Assembly: GCA_010909165.1 (NCBI GenBank)
Contig: MU008179.1
Span: forward strand, 930,001-994,000
DNA: 64,000 bases
Direction of reading: 5' to 3'
From: Anthoceros angustus
Taxonomy: Eukaryota; Plantae; Anthocerotophyta
The position numbers and the translations under genes were made by a program. Under the pieces are notes generated by a model. The model was not told where the DNA came from, did no database searches, and was given only the letters and a program-made list of their open reading frames with translations. Positions 48,760 through 61,949 of this stretch are shown here, piece after piece (position 1 is the first letter of the stretch; each line of letters starts with the position of its first letter).

Positions 48760-51440
48760 AGAAAGCATCCCATGCCTGAGTTCAACTACCGCCCCATCCA
48801 AATTTCACCTTGAGACCTGGACGCTTTCAAGCGATATGCTAAGGAATTGAAGATGGAGTGGTTGCATTTGGTGCCTGGATGGCACTTTTCAAGTCCAGCA
48901 TTGGTGCAGGAGTATGTGCAGCAGTTGCAAACCACCAGAGGAGAAGCCAAGATGCCCGAGGACGTCACAGTCCGAAGTCACCCTGGAACGTGGAAGGTGC
49001 GCCATTTTCAACAGACATATTTGATACCCGAGGCACACAAGGGAGGGATCATCCCATCGGCCCAATTTTCTAAGAATCAGATTCCGGAAGCGGCCATGGA
49101 TATGTTCCTACGACCCAAGGAGGAAGTTTGGTCTCCTTGAAATGGTTGGCGAGTTTCCATGTTCAAAGAGAGGAAGTGGAACCTCTTCGCCAAGATTTGG
49201 TTGGGATTGATTTGTGCAGCCAGGAAAACCTACATAGGCAATTCCCACCTCATGATGATCTATGAGATGTCCAAGGGCAAGTTGGTAGATTGGGCGAGCA
49301 TTCTCTATGAGCAGGCGGTAGTTCATAGGAATCATTTGATGAGTGAGGAGGCCAAAATTAGTTTTGTCTCCATCTTCCTAGTGCATCTGTATCACAGGGA
49401 GGAAGTTTTGAAGGAGGAAGAACTGGAGAAAGCTAAGATAGAAGTGTCCTTAGTGCGAGTGGTGGAAGGAGAGCCGTCCCTGGCAGCAGAGGACCAGGAG
49501 GAGATAGACCGTCGACCACCTGGGAAGAGACCACCACCTCCAGCCCACGAGAATGAAGCTTCTGGGTCAGGAACCAAAAACGACAAGGGGAAGGAGAAGG
49601 AGCCTGTGGCACCCCCTACGGAGAAGGTAGGAAAAGACTCTCGACCACCTACCAGAGGGCTTCACATTGGTAGGCAGCCACCACCAGCAGGAGAGGGCCC
49701 AGTAGGAACCAGACCACCTACGAAGGAGGTAGCTCCTACGGGAGGAGCTACATCAGAGGAAGGACCTATGGTAGGAGAACAAACTCCTACCGAAGGAGGA
49801 CAGGATGGGCCTGTCGCCATGGAAGTAGAGGGCGACAAGGAAGAATGCCGAGAAATGTTGGTGACCTACGCAGTAATGGAGGGGTACAGGAGGTGTGATG
49901 GCGCTGGAATCTTCAGGAGAATGATTACCGCAGTAGGCCTGAGATTGGACCGGGGCCCCAGATGCCACGGTAGATAGTTTGAGAGCGGCAAGTTCGAATC
50001 ACCTAGATGTGAAGAAAGAGTTAGAGGATGTGGAGAAGAAACTCAAGGGAGCCTTGAAGACAACCTCCGAGAAGCAACACTCTATCCTAGACTTGGCCAA
50101 GGAGCGAGATAGAATCACCACCAAGTTGGTGAATGTGTGGGAAATGATAGACCAAGTCTTGGGGAGGGAAGCCAATTCAGCCAAGAAGGCTGAAGAGATG
50201 GAAGCCGCCAAGAATGAGGCAGAAGAACATTTGAGAACGGCCCTGGAAAGGGTAGGAGAAGTGAACAGGGAGAAGGAGGCTACTACATACCTAGTAAGGC
50301 CGAAGGACCTTGAAGATGAAAAGGACCTTCTGCTGTAAGAGATTGCACGGCCATGGACAAGCGGAATATACAAAGGGAAATCTAATGCCTAACAAGTGAG
50401 AAGGTGAATGGGACAATGTGGCTAGAGGACTCGGGAGGAGCTCCATCACGAGGGAACTCTGGACCAGCAGCGACAGCAATCGAACCACCTTGCTAATGCC
50501 TACGGGACAGAGGCAAGGAACTGCAGGAAGGAGGTGCTGACGGTTCGACATACCCTGAAGGCAGTACAAGCCCTCAAGGAGGAACAAGCTAGAGCCACGC
50601 ACAGTAGCAGTTTGGTGATGATAATGCAAAAAAGATGAGGAGATTGGGAAGCTCACCTTGGAACTAGAAAGGGCGGAGATCGAAAGAGAGACCGCTGTAA
50701 CAAAGGTGACAAATATGGCTGAGTGGGAGGAGCGCGTCAACCCACTACAAGTTAGGATCAAGGACGCACAGAAGAGGGAAAGTGGCAGAGTGGCCACTTA
50801 CTACAACAACCTCCTGGAAACCATTGAGGAGAGATACAATGAGTAGGTAGAGGAAACGGATCTGGCCATCCTAACGCCTGAGGGCATGGCAGCTTTGGAG
50901 ACCGATGTGGCCGGATGGTATGAGGAGAGACGAGCTGTACTGGACATAGCCCGACAAGCAAGTGAAGAAGTACCCGGGACCACCTTGGTGGGAGCATCGG
51001 ACGAGGAAGAGGGAGGTAGGCCTAATCCTACCATTGCACCTACAAGGGTAGGCACTACAGCGGCCGAGGGGAATTCGTCTTCCTCGGCAGGAGGACAAGA
51101 AGAAAGGGGACAAGCCCCCGAAGGGAAAACTGTGGAGCTACCCAAGTTCACAGGTGGGAACGAAGAGGTAGGAGGTTCACCTCCTACTAATGGAATGGTA
51201 GGAGGAAAGCCTTCTACAAGTAAGGTGGTAGGAGGGGAACCTCCTACGGATGGACCGGTATGAGAAGCACCTTCTACCAGAGAAGAAGGGGAGATAGTTT
51301 CTTCCCCAAGAGCAGACCTACCTAAGGAACGGCCAGAGGTAGGAAGAGATGCCAGGGGCCGTTCCGATGAACGGTCCGAGTCCGGAGGAGGTAAGCGATG
51401 CGCCGAAGATGAAGGCGACAGTGGAGTTAGAATAAGCAAA
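48760..51440 (+). pseudogene. U3-encoded accessory ORF (best-preserved copy); plant-transposon-protein-like N-domain plus coiled coil
   Basis: Long ORFs 48847-49140, 49159-49977, 49979-50338, 50658-50846 and 50886-51263: SPALVQEYVQQL, VRSHPGTW, NGWRVSMF, KGKLVDWASILYEQ, FLVHLYH, a P/G/E-rich spacer, then heptad-rich segments. Confidence 0.75.
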
Positions 51441-54309
51441 TGAAGGCGAACCTCCTAGCTGGTAGGACGATTCGTAGGATGACTGGTAGAAGCATTCTTT
51501 TTTGGACACTGACACTAATGCGGGGCCTGTATTTAAGAGGGGGACCCTATTTTGAGGGAGGTGGTGACTATGATGACTAGGAGAGGTGGCAGTTGTGAGC
51601 TGGACCTTACCACTGCCAGTCGCAAATTCCCTCATGGAATCCGGAGGCTCATCCCGCATTTAAGATGCACATATTTCGAGAGACCGCTCCACCTATAAAA
51701 GGGGGGCCATGTAACCAATTCAATATCAATCCTTGTGGCTCTTCTCCCTTGTTGTGCCCCCGTTGTGAGCGTGCGCAACCGACCACATCCGACAGGCAAC
51801 GCGTCGACGAAGGAGAGCAAGGTTGATCGTAGGAACTGAGCTAATGGGGAGGCGCGCGCGTCACCCTCTTAACCGGTTTCCTGTTTCCTTGTGCAAGGTT
51901 CACCTTAGGATCGCTGTGTGCTTGTTGCTTGCTGGCATCTTGCAGGGCACTAACGTCAGAGACTCGTTTTGAAGCAACCTATCGGGAGCTTTCCTAACCC
52001 AAGAGCGCTCACGTTATAGGCAATCTCATGGCTACCGGCCCAAGTGAAAATCCTTCGATTTCGGTCACTCTAGGTGTTGGTGCTGTAAGAGCGACTTGAG
52101 AGGTTGTTGAAAATAGATTTAGCGGATGGTTGTGGAAGGAGGTATGAGATTGAGTTATTGCAATATTGTTGTTGTAGTGTTTTTTTTTTCTGTGGTCTTA
52201 GAGGTTAGAGAAACCTGGAAGGCTCAATTTGGGGCCATGGGCCAGTAAACCCAAAACCCATATTCGGTGAGGCAGTTTATGACAAAGAAGAAGGTGTGTG
52301 AGAGAGTGAGAATCGACCCCTTCGAGTAAGCGCATCTAGGCAAGTCTCTTGGGATCGAACCCACGTATTCGACGACCGTGGGATAAGTGTGGCCACTGGG
52401 GTTAGCTCTAGGTGACCGGGGCGAACCTATCACACCCTCTGAAGGTAAAGATACACAAGACAAGTCTCCCTTCGAGGAGGTTGGCTCAATAAAGGTAACA
52501 CAGCGGGCCAGTAATAGTGTTTGATCAGAGGGATCATAAAGTTTGTATGCTTTAACAATATCACTATAGCCGACGAAGATCAGTCCTCGGGCCCTCATAT
52601 CTAATTTTCTGCGCTTCTCCGCAGGTATATATGCATAAGCGCGAGAGCCAAATACACGCAGATGTAGAAGGCTTGGCTTTCGCCGCCAGAAAACCTCATA
52701 GGAAGTCTTTCCGGGCACTGAGCTTGTGATGATGCGGTTAGATATATACGTGGCAGCTACGACTGCCTCCGCCCAGTATACTTGGGGAAGGCCTGCCCAT
52801 AAAAGCATATTGCGTGTCATGCCAAGGAGGGTTTGATTCTTTCTTTCAGCAACACCATTATGTTGTTGGGTATATGGCACAATAAGCTAGCGTTGAACAC
52901 CATGTTTAAGAAGGAAAGTATCAAAAGGAGCATTGAGGAATTTCATGCCATTATTCGTACAAAGAATCTTGAGCACATGGCTAGATTGCCGTTGTGCTGT
53001 GACAAACCAGTCCTTGAAGAAGGACAGTGTCTCATGGGGTAGGTCCACGAATATCTGTTGTAGTCATCTGTAAGGGTAAGGTAATAGAGAGCTCCCCCAA
53101 GGGGTGGCCCATGTATCTTTCCAGATATGTCAGCATGCACTAGTGCGAGTACATCATCTGCTTTGCGTGCATACTTAGGAAAGGGTTGTTCTTTCTGCTT
53201 CGCCAATATGCATGATTCACAGACAGGTAAGTCCTTAAAGCATTTCAGTAATGCCTCTCTAAAGCAATCCTTCTAAGACATATCTATAAGCTTCTACCTA
53301 TTAGCATGACCCAAACGGGCATGCCAAAGAGAAGCTAACTGTGCACGGGACATGGATGGGGCACCAGTAGAGTAGGGTGATGGTGTTGTGTGACAGGATA
53401 TATCAAGACGATACAAATGGTCATCAAGAAGACCCTTGAAGACACAATAGTCAGGAGCACCTATTCTATAGAAACAGCAAACACCATCAGAGATTCTCAT
53501 CTCGAAGGTTCGTTGCTTCATAAGCTTACTCATAGACATGAGGTTCTTTCCCATCTGCGACACATAAAGGACATTGTCCAGTGTGAGATATGTGCCATCT
53601 ATAAGAAGAGACTTACAAATACCTTGCCCTTTGATGTACAGGCTTGATTGATTCTGCTCGTCTCCGATTAACACTCTCACTACTAGGAAACCATGCCCTT
53701 TAACACGGACTTTACAACGGGTTTTACAACAGGGTTACTACTACAGTAGTAAAACGCCCGTAGTAAACACAAAGCGTTAATTTCCGTGGTAATATCCTCA
53801 TACCGTATACCGGGCTATATACTATAATTTAATACGGGATGTATATGGAGTAATTTATTTATATATAAGGTTAGTACGGACCTATAGTTTACTTTACTAC
53901 ATAAATTAACCCCATTTTTTACTACGGGTGTAAAACGTATAACCCTAGATCACCGGTTAATAAACCAAGGTTTGTTAACTAGTGTTAATTAACCATGATT
54001 TATTAACTGGTATTAATAAACCTATGGTTTGTTAATTGGGGTCTCTTTTAAAACGTCTGTAGTAAAATGTCATGTAGTAAAACGCCTGTAATAAACAACT
54101 ATAGTAAAACTTTGTAGTAAAAGCTCTGCAGGAAACCACTTGTAGTGCATACTACAAGGGTTTCGATTGCTAAACTAGAAAAAGGCGAGTAAAACATCCG
54201 TAGTATAAGTAGCTTAGAGTTTAGGGTGTTTGGGAGTATGTTGACAAAAAATGGCTTGAATCTACTATCCAGACGAGATCACGCAACTATTCTACACTCT
54301 AGTCTTTAG

Positions 54310-55267
54310 CTCATCCCTACATTCCACTAGGTGCAATTCCTGTCATCTCCACCAGCTGCGCAACTCTAATGCATGGCCCCAAGAATAATCCAACTTCCAA
54401 AAAAGGATGCCATTAGCAAATTCAGAACAAGCATAGACAAACAGAGGTTGTCTCGCAACACGAACCAAGACTCTCACCTAAAGCAGGCTTATGCATCCTC
54501 AGATCTCAGCATCCTTCGCCAATTTGCGGGGAAGATAATCCCTCACCATCCACCCATCATCAGCAACATTTAGCTTCATGATGGCTTCCATGATCTTCCC
54601 GTCGCATTCATCAGTTAGGTATCCTGCCTCCTTCAACATGTCCCACACCACAATAGCCTTCTCCTTCTCCCCATTTGCCCCAACCTGCGGACCCAACTCT
54701 GGCTGTCCGGTTTGGGACTCCCTTCAAAACACTCTCAGCTTCGAAAGCCAAGACCCATGATTGCTACCTACAGCCTTTATCTCATCCAGGCTTGGTTCCC
54801 TAGTGTACTTTGCTCTAAACCTCTCCAGAAACCCCTTCTGACCACCATATCCAAAGCAAGAATATGTATTGCTTCCTACCTCCTTCACTCATGGCGCCGG
54901 TTTTCTTGACTAGGGGCCACAACTCCGCTTATCTTGTCTTGCTCCTCCTTCAAAACACATCCCAATACTCTTGCTTCACACCTTTCGGGACATCTTGGGG
55001 TTAGACTTCTTCCCAGCAAAAATAACGGGCCTCCTTTCTAACATTGTTCCTCCAATACTTCAAATTAGTGCTCAAAAGCGCAAGACAATAGGCTGAAACT
55101 CCCATGGCCCAGTCATAGTTTGCACGATACGTCTCAACATGAAGGGTGGCGTCTGTTTGTTTCAAAAGGGATATATGAGTGGATTGCATATGTCGGACAT
55201 AAAATGGACTCTGTCCTTCATGGGTATGAATGAGGGACTCTCTTGGTATATAAACCCTGAAAAACAC
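54310..55267 (-). pseudogene. Degenerate coding region of unknown function inside CACTA
   Basis: Protein-like ORF pieces 55001-55267 and 54499-54696; no family recognised. Confidence 0.4.
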
Positions 55268-57384
55268 GAGGAGTTTAGATTAGTACTATGACACCAGCAA
55301 AGTTAGAGTTTAATCAGGCCTAATTCAGTCTTCAAACAAGCTTAGAACAATGACAACGTTAACAGGTTTGATGGCTGAGCATTATATCGCTATCATTTGC
55401 TGAAACACCCGAACTTAAACTTGACAAGGCGTGAAAGCAGGATGAAATTTAATTCCTGCACACACGGCCACCATTATGCTCTTACAATAAAAACCATAAC
55501 AAGAGCTACAAACTACCGTGCTTACCAAAGGGGTGCAGATGTGAAGGAAGCACTTCGTGACAGATATCGTGAACCCTCTTCCGCTTTGGGCCTCTCTTTT
55601 CCTTCACCTCCACATCGCGGCATTCAGGTGGAATGGTGTCTGCATCGTCTTCCACATCACGACATTTAGTTGGAAGGGTGTCCACATTTTCCTCCACATT
55701 GCGGCATTCCCCAATGAAGCCACCTGCATCCAGATATTCAGCATTCAACCTATTAGAATTGGCAGGCTCTGTAGATGCATCTTCAGCAGCAGGGTTCTCG
55801 TGGTTCGCAGCCTTCACATGGCGAACGAAATTCGCCCACACAGTTGGTTTTTTAGGACTGTCTGGTACATGGCATTCTGCGCCATGTGCTTCGTTCTCAA
55901 AGTTCGGTGGAGCATCAGTCTCTAGCCCCCCATCATTATCAATCAAGGCATCCTGGTTGCCGACGAGGGTAACCTCTATTGTCGCATCCTGCGAAACCAG
56001 TTGTGTTGCTTGTGATTCCGACGCGCCGAACCCATCTACGCGTGAAATCAGACATCGTCCATAACGCCCCGGGACATAGAACACGGTATCTTTTGAAGGG
56101 GGTGAATATTCACGAAGGGGGTTTTCTGAAATTTATCTTCTGAAGGGGGTTTGACATGGATCTTGAACTGGTGGTTTTTGGGGTATGAATAAATGTAAGG
56201 CAGAAAAGAAGGGTGGAAATTCCTATGAACCAGTGATACAAGGTCCATTTCATGCCAGCGGAGGGTTATGGTGCAAGAGGTAACCCTATTTGGGATGCAT
56301 TTAAGACCCATGACAAGGGCCATTGTTGTCGATCACTGCGGATCTTTCTCGCACAACAACCCTAAAGATTCGTAAAAAGCACGGTGATCAAAATTGGTTG
56401 AGAGGCGAACCCGCTGATGGCCGGGGAGCAAAGCATGTCTGAGGAGTAGGGCGCCGGCGCCTCTGGCATTGCGATGATGCCTTGCTAAAGGCAGAGAGTA
56501 GCAGGCCTATAATGGGATGTGTGTACAAAAAGACTTTGGGTGTGGGGTGGGTGGGTGGCTTCTGCACACCCTCAATTGTGCCCGCAAATATAATCACATG
56601 GTTCAGTCCCACATACTGCAATCGATGAATGAAGAAAAGTGTGGGCAACGGTTCCCCAACATATCGCCGCGAAAAACATGCCCGAGGCTCATCGTGTGTT
56701 ACTGTTAGTATGCCGCAATGCCGAGCGCAACTACCGCCACACTCCCACATGTCCTTCGCATGTAATGGAAAAAGCTTGAACATTGGAAGTTATTAAGCAT
56801 GGGAAGTCTACAACGGCACCACGAGAACACAACCAAATTCCTATCATGGGCCTAGACTCTTTTGAAATATGTCTGCGCTTGGAAATGTGCACTCCAAACT
56901 ACGAATTGAGCTTCACGCATAACCTCACCAATTGCCCGTTGAAGATGACCTAACATTGAGGGTTTCCTACTCTTCGCGGACTCCACGCCATCATCTTCGT
57001 TGGCACGGCATCATGACCATCATCTTCACTATCCTCGGTGGCACTTTGACTCATTGGTTGAATAAAGCCTCGCAATTCAATTAAGTTATTCTTGATTGCC
57101 TTCTTATCCACAGTACAAATGTTTCCGCGTCAAGTTGAACTCATAATAGAGGATGACCGTTTGGTGAACAAAAACCTCTACTTACACGACAGTCTATTTC
57201 TACGACAGTCTCAAAGTAATGCTATGCTTCACGTTTTGGCGGGTACCTGAACATGCCCATATATTCTTAGAACGTGCACATAGTATATGCGAATGAATGA
57301 ATGAAAATAGGTCCATAGGTGTTTTTGAAAATGTGTGCAACCATGGCATGAGAGGAGTTTCAATATACACATCCATAAAGAAAC

Positions 57385-57510
57385 TGGCCGGCCGCCTTCC
57401 CCAACAAGCCTTGTACATGGGCGCCGGCCGCCCTAAAGCCTTGTACATGGGCCGGCCGGCGCCTTCCCCAACAAGCCTTGTACATGGGCGCCGGCCGGCC
57501 AGCGCCCTCC
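57385..57510. repeat. Short tandem array (aagccttgtacatggg + GGCGCCGGCC units)
   Basis: Three aagccttgtacatggg copies interspersed with ggccggccg/ggcgccggcc. Confidence 0.85.
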
Positions 57511-57669
57511 CATGTATGTTCTCCTCATGGGCTGCCATTTATAAAATAAATAAATTAGTGCTTCTAATGTTTTAACCTAGGATAGTTACTCAAGTGGTTT
57601 GGAAATAGTTTGTATGATTAGGTCATGGGTTCGAGTCTTGTAGAGGTGTGAAAAACTAGTCTTGTTGAT

Positions 57670-57890
57670 TTTATGGGCGCATGGGCACGGCCATTTAAGG
57701 GCGCTAGCATGCCCTCTATTGAGGCTGACTTGAGATGTGCGGATATATTCCACAACGGATCCATGGGTATGAGGTTTTGCGATGTCGATTTAAGAATTGA
57801 CATTAGAGGCCCAGAGGACTTATGCACTGGGCAAAGGAGGTGTGTATCAGCGAGAAGGACTCCCTGCAAGCGCAAGTGGTTTCCTTAAAC
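57670..57890 (+). pseudogene. C-terminal fragment of the N4C/N6A methyltransferase-like gene, copy C, inside CACTA
   Basis: IEADLRCA..IPQRIHGYEVL..AKEVCISEK..QAQVVS. gaggctgacttgagatgtgc (57721-57740) nearly equals gaggcggacttgagatgtgc (29530-29549). Confidence 0.8.
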
Positions 57891-59404
57891 GCTAGGCGGC
57901 TGAAGACCAAAACTGGAGCCCTTTTGACAGAGGGACAGCAATCCTTGGATAGTATTTGGCAGCCTTCCACGACCCCTAACGACGACAACACACGACTAAA
58001 CGAAGACACAAGGGCCTTGGGGGAGAAGAGGAAGTGGAGCGCATTCAAAATCTGGCTATTGTGATGGATTCGGAGTTTGCTCTAGCCCCGTACGAGTCCC
58101 AAGTTAGCCCTAGGGAGTAGGCTTAGTGTTCTCATGTCATGTGCATCTGCTACTTCTCTTAATTCGCAATCACTTATGGACCCGTTGCATTGAGACAATT
58201 GATGTCTTCAGTTTTCCTTGTTCCAAAGAAACAATGAAAAGGCGCCGGCCGGCGCCCTCTCGCCGTTTTGATGTCTATGTTGTGCGAATACAGTTTTTCT
58301 CAATACCTACTCGTTGGAACATGGTGGACCTTTCTTTAAAAAGAGATAAAATGCATATTTCGGGACTGTGTGTAATGTGTGAAGAGGGTTTTCATTTCAC
58401 GGAAGGGGGTTCGGATATTCACCCCCTTCACAAGATATCGTGTTATAGATCCGGCTTGTTTGCTTCACTTTGCGGCGCCCTTCTTCGTCGATGTCTGAAT
58501 CGGACTCGGCATCTTTCCCCTCGAAACGCGGACGCCCCTCGTCCACGGCATCCTCATCAGAAACCTTGTCCGCATACCATGCCTCCCGCCACATCATTCA
58601 AGCTCGAAAGCACATGGGCGGCCTTTGCCTTAGCGGTGGGCGACGGGTTTTGGGCCGCCGACTGAACATGTGAGAACCCACGGCCACGCTTGCTCGCGCC
58701 ATCTTGGCTACTCCACGCTCTTCCATGGCCATCGCAACCTAAACCTCGCCATCAAGGACACACGGGATGCATCCTTTTTTCCCATTGCCTGTCAGCGAAA
58801 CCCCAGCCTCGAAGCCCGGTTCTTTGTGAGCTCTACATCCTCGCTTCCCCTCATGTATAGACATCTTCCGTGATTCTTTAACCTTCCGCCAGTGCCCTTT
58901 AATCTCTCGGGGTTGGTCCGAGTAAATTGGCATACCACATCCGTGTTCTTGTCAAGCGCAACCAACTTTGGGTCCGCACGGTCATCCTCCAGCTTGCCTC
59001 CATAAGAAGATCTCCGCAACCATTGCCACGCGCCACCGCCGAGTGTCCTTGTTCGCCCGAACTCGATCTTCTCGCGATTTTGGCATCCTGGACCCATGGT
59101 TGGTTGTGATTAACAAGAGCAATGGAAAGAACGGCATGCCCATACTTGAAGCTTGAAATGGAAAGAACGCATCCGCTATAAAACTTGCATCCTTACCCTA
59201 AGTCCTAAAGTCTCCAAAAGAGGGCTGATGTGGCTTCAATCCTCGTCCCGCCGTTTATACGCCAAGTGCCTCAGAACCCGCAATTGTAGCTGGTTATCTC
59301 TACCAACGTGGTAATCGACATCAATCGAGTAGACTCCCGACGCGGTTCGCTGCCGCTTAGGGTTTTGGGGTTTTAAGGAACGTGGTCGCAATGTGAGTTC
59401 GCGG

Positions 59405-61895
59405 ATACCATCCCTACATCCACCGCTTTCTTGCCGTTTGAATTCCGTTTGCTTGTATTTATACTATATGTAGTTTTATATTGTCCTTGAGCCATGGGAA
59501 AAGAGCAGATCTCGGTCGCCGTTCTCAGCAGAAAGGAACCTTAATTATTTTTTGTCCTCGGGCCATGGTAAAGGGCATCGATCAGCGGCCTCGCGTTTTC
59601 AACAGGCCGGGAACCCTATCGATTGCTTGTCCTCGGGCCTCGGTAATCCTAGAATATAACCTATACTATCGACCATGGTAAAATGGGATATTCCATGGAA
59701 ACCCGAGACCAAGGAAATCCGACTTATAAGGCCTTTGAAGGAAACTCTTTTAATGGAGCCATTGTATGTACGTGTGAAGCTTTGACCCCGATGGTGTATT
59801 TGACCACTCGAGTTCTCTAAGAACGCACGCTGTGCATAGACCACGTGTCGGCATGCCGTTCAATGTAGCATTGAACGCTGTCTAGCGAAGACACGTGGCG
59901 ATGAGCCATTGGCGGTCAAGCCATAAGAAGGGCCACCGCCTCCCCTTCGCATCGTTGGGTGTAAGTTAAGCTTGCGGGCGATTCTGATTGGCGTCTGCGA
60001 ACTCGTTTGGATTACGGTGAGCATGTCCCAATTTCCCTTCACATGGCGACAATTTTCGCTGTTGATTACGGTTGGCATGGATGCACCCTCTTGCGTATCT
60101 ACATGTGTACGGGGTTGTTTTGAGAGGCGACCATATCACGGCGAGGACTTGCATGCCATGGCCAGCCGAGGATATGCTTGTGCCTCGGCCATGAGCGCGG
60201 CACATCTTGATGCCTCGGCCATGTCTTTAACCATGGCGCGCCTTGGTGTCGCACATATACGCAACCCGATCGCGACTCCCCAAAACCTAATCGCCATTAG
60301 TCACGACATATGTGAATGCTTTTCGGGGTTTTCCAAGTTTTGTGGTTGTGATTAACAAGCATCGATGGCGCTGAGCGAGATCTCCGAGATGGATGGCGGA
60401 ATACCGCTCGATGTGAGGCCACCATCCGCGCCACCTTTGATCACGCATGGGCGGTTCGAGGTCAACTACCCCACGCGACACCATCGTGAGCGGAGGACGC
60501 CATAGAATTGTTTGTCCCGGCGAGTTTCGAGTTCGCATGCGGTTCATGGTAGTGGGCGTTGCCTTTCGGAGATAGATTCAATGCTGGAATTGATGCATGC
60601 GTGGGCGCGGGATACTCACATGGGTGGATGACGACATACCATCCCTACATCCACCGCTTTTCCGCTTGAAGCTGCTTTGCTTGTATTTATACTATATGTA
60701 GTTTTATATTGTCCTTGAGCCATGGGAAAAGGGCACCCCCGATTCGCTGCAACGCAAGGCCAAGGAACCTTAATTATTTTTTGTCCTGCCATGGGAAAAG
60801 GGCATCGGGCCAAGGCCTCGCTGCTTTCAACGCTTGAGGCCTGTGAACCCTATCGCTTGTCCTCGTGCCTCGGTAATCCTAGAATATAACCTATACTATC
60901 GACCATGGTAAAATGGGATATTCCATGGAAACCCGAGACCCAAGGAAAGGAACCAAATTTTTATAAGGCAATCAAGGAAACTCTTTTAATGGAGCCATTG
61001 TATGTGTGAAGCTTTGACCACACCGTGTATTTGACCACTGAGTTCTCTAAGAAGCACGCTGGTATAGACCACGTGTTTCATGCCGCTCAATGTAGCATTG
61101 AAACGCCTGCTAATCAAGACACGTGGCGATGAGCCAAAGCCAAGAAGAAGGCCACCGCCCCCTTCGCATCGCTGGGTGTAGGTTAAGCTCCGCGATTCAC
61201 AGCTGGCGCCAAGTTTGGAGCACCGAATTACGGTGAGCATGTCCCAATTTCCCTTCACATGGCGACAATTTTTATTGTTGATTACGGTTGGCATGGATGC
61301 ACCCTCTTGCGTATCTACATGTGTACTGTGGGTTGTTTTGAGAGGCGCTAAGGGCGACTATGCGAGGGCGAGGACTTGCGCATGCCATGGCCATGAGCCG
61401 AGGATATGCTTGTGCCTCGCCATGAGCCGCGGCACATCCGATGCCTCGCCATGTCTTTAACCATGGCCGCCTTGGTGTCGCACAACTCGCAACCCGATCG
61501 CGACTCCCCAAAACCTAATCGCCATTAGTCCCGATATATGTGAATGCTTTTCCGTGGTTTTCCGTGTTTTGTGGTTGTGATTAACAAGCATCGATGCAGC
61601 ACCTGAAGCGGATCTCCGGAGATGGATGGCGGAATACACCTTTGGCGAGGCCACCATCCGCGCCACCTTTGATCACGCATGGGCGGTTCGGGGTCAACTA
61701 CCCCCACGCGACACCATCGTGAGCGCAGAGGACGCCCATAGAATTGTTCAGGCTGTCCCCGAAACAGAGTTTCCAGAGTTCCGCATGCGGTTCATGGTAG
61801 TGGGCCGTTGCCTTTCGGAGATAGATTCAATGCTCGAATTGATGCCTGTGCCGTGGACGCCCGGGATACTCACATGGGTGGACGAGCAACATACC
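59405..61895. repeat. Tandem duplication (~1.23 kb x2) inside CACTA
   Basis: ataccatccctacatccaccgc...gggatactcacatgggtgga at ~59405-60635 and ~60636-61890. Confidence 0.92.
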
Positions 61896-61949
61896 ATGCG
61901 CCTTCTATGGGATGCCATAAAGGCTGCTTTGGCAACCCCATTAGTGTGA
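61626..61949 (+). CDS. Small hypothetical protein (107 aa) carried by CACTA
   Basis: Clean ATG-initiated ORF MAEYTFGEATIRATFDHAW...; a frameshifted duplicate lies at ~60393-60635. Confidence 0.4.
   Translation: MAEYTFGEATIRATFDHAWAVRGQLPPRDTIVSAEDAHRIVQAVPETEFPEFRMRFMVVGRCLSEIDSMLELMPVPWTPGILTWVDEQHTMRLLWDAIKAALATPLV

Larger units (their letters stand above)
42613..52434 (+). mobile_element. Solo LTR (~4.87 kb excluding nested insertion) inserted in Copia
   Basis: TSD CCCTC at 42608-42612 and 52435-52439; termini TGTGG...TCACA. The Copia frame is restored on removal. TATA ctataaaa ~51693. Confidence 0.9.

Noticed and set aside
53700-54210. CRISPR-like array of short repeats
   Set aside because: Irregular 7-10 bp TAGTAAA motifs mirrored at the other end of the element are CACTA subterminal repeats; there is no constant repeat-spacer period.
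57580-57645. Possible tRNA gene
   Set aside because: A/B-box-like words are present, but no acceptor stem or cloverleaf can be formed.
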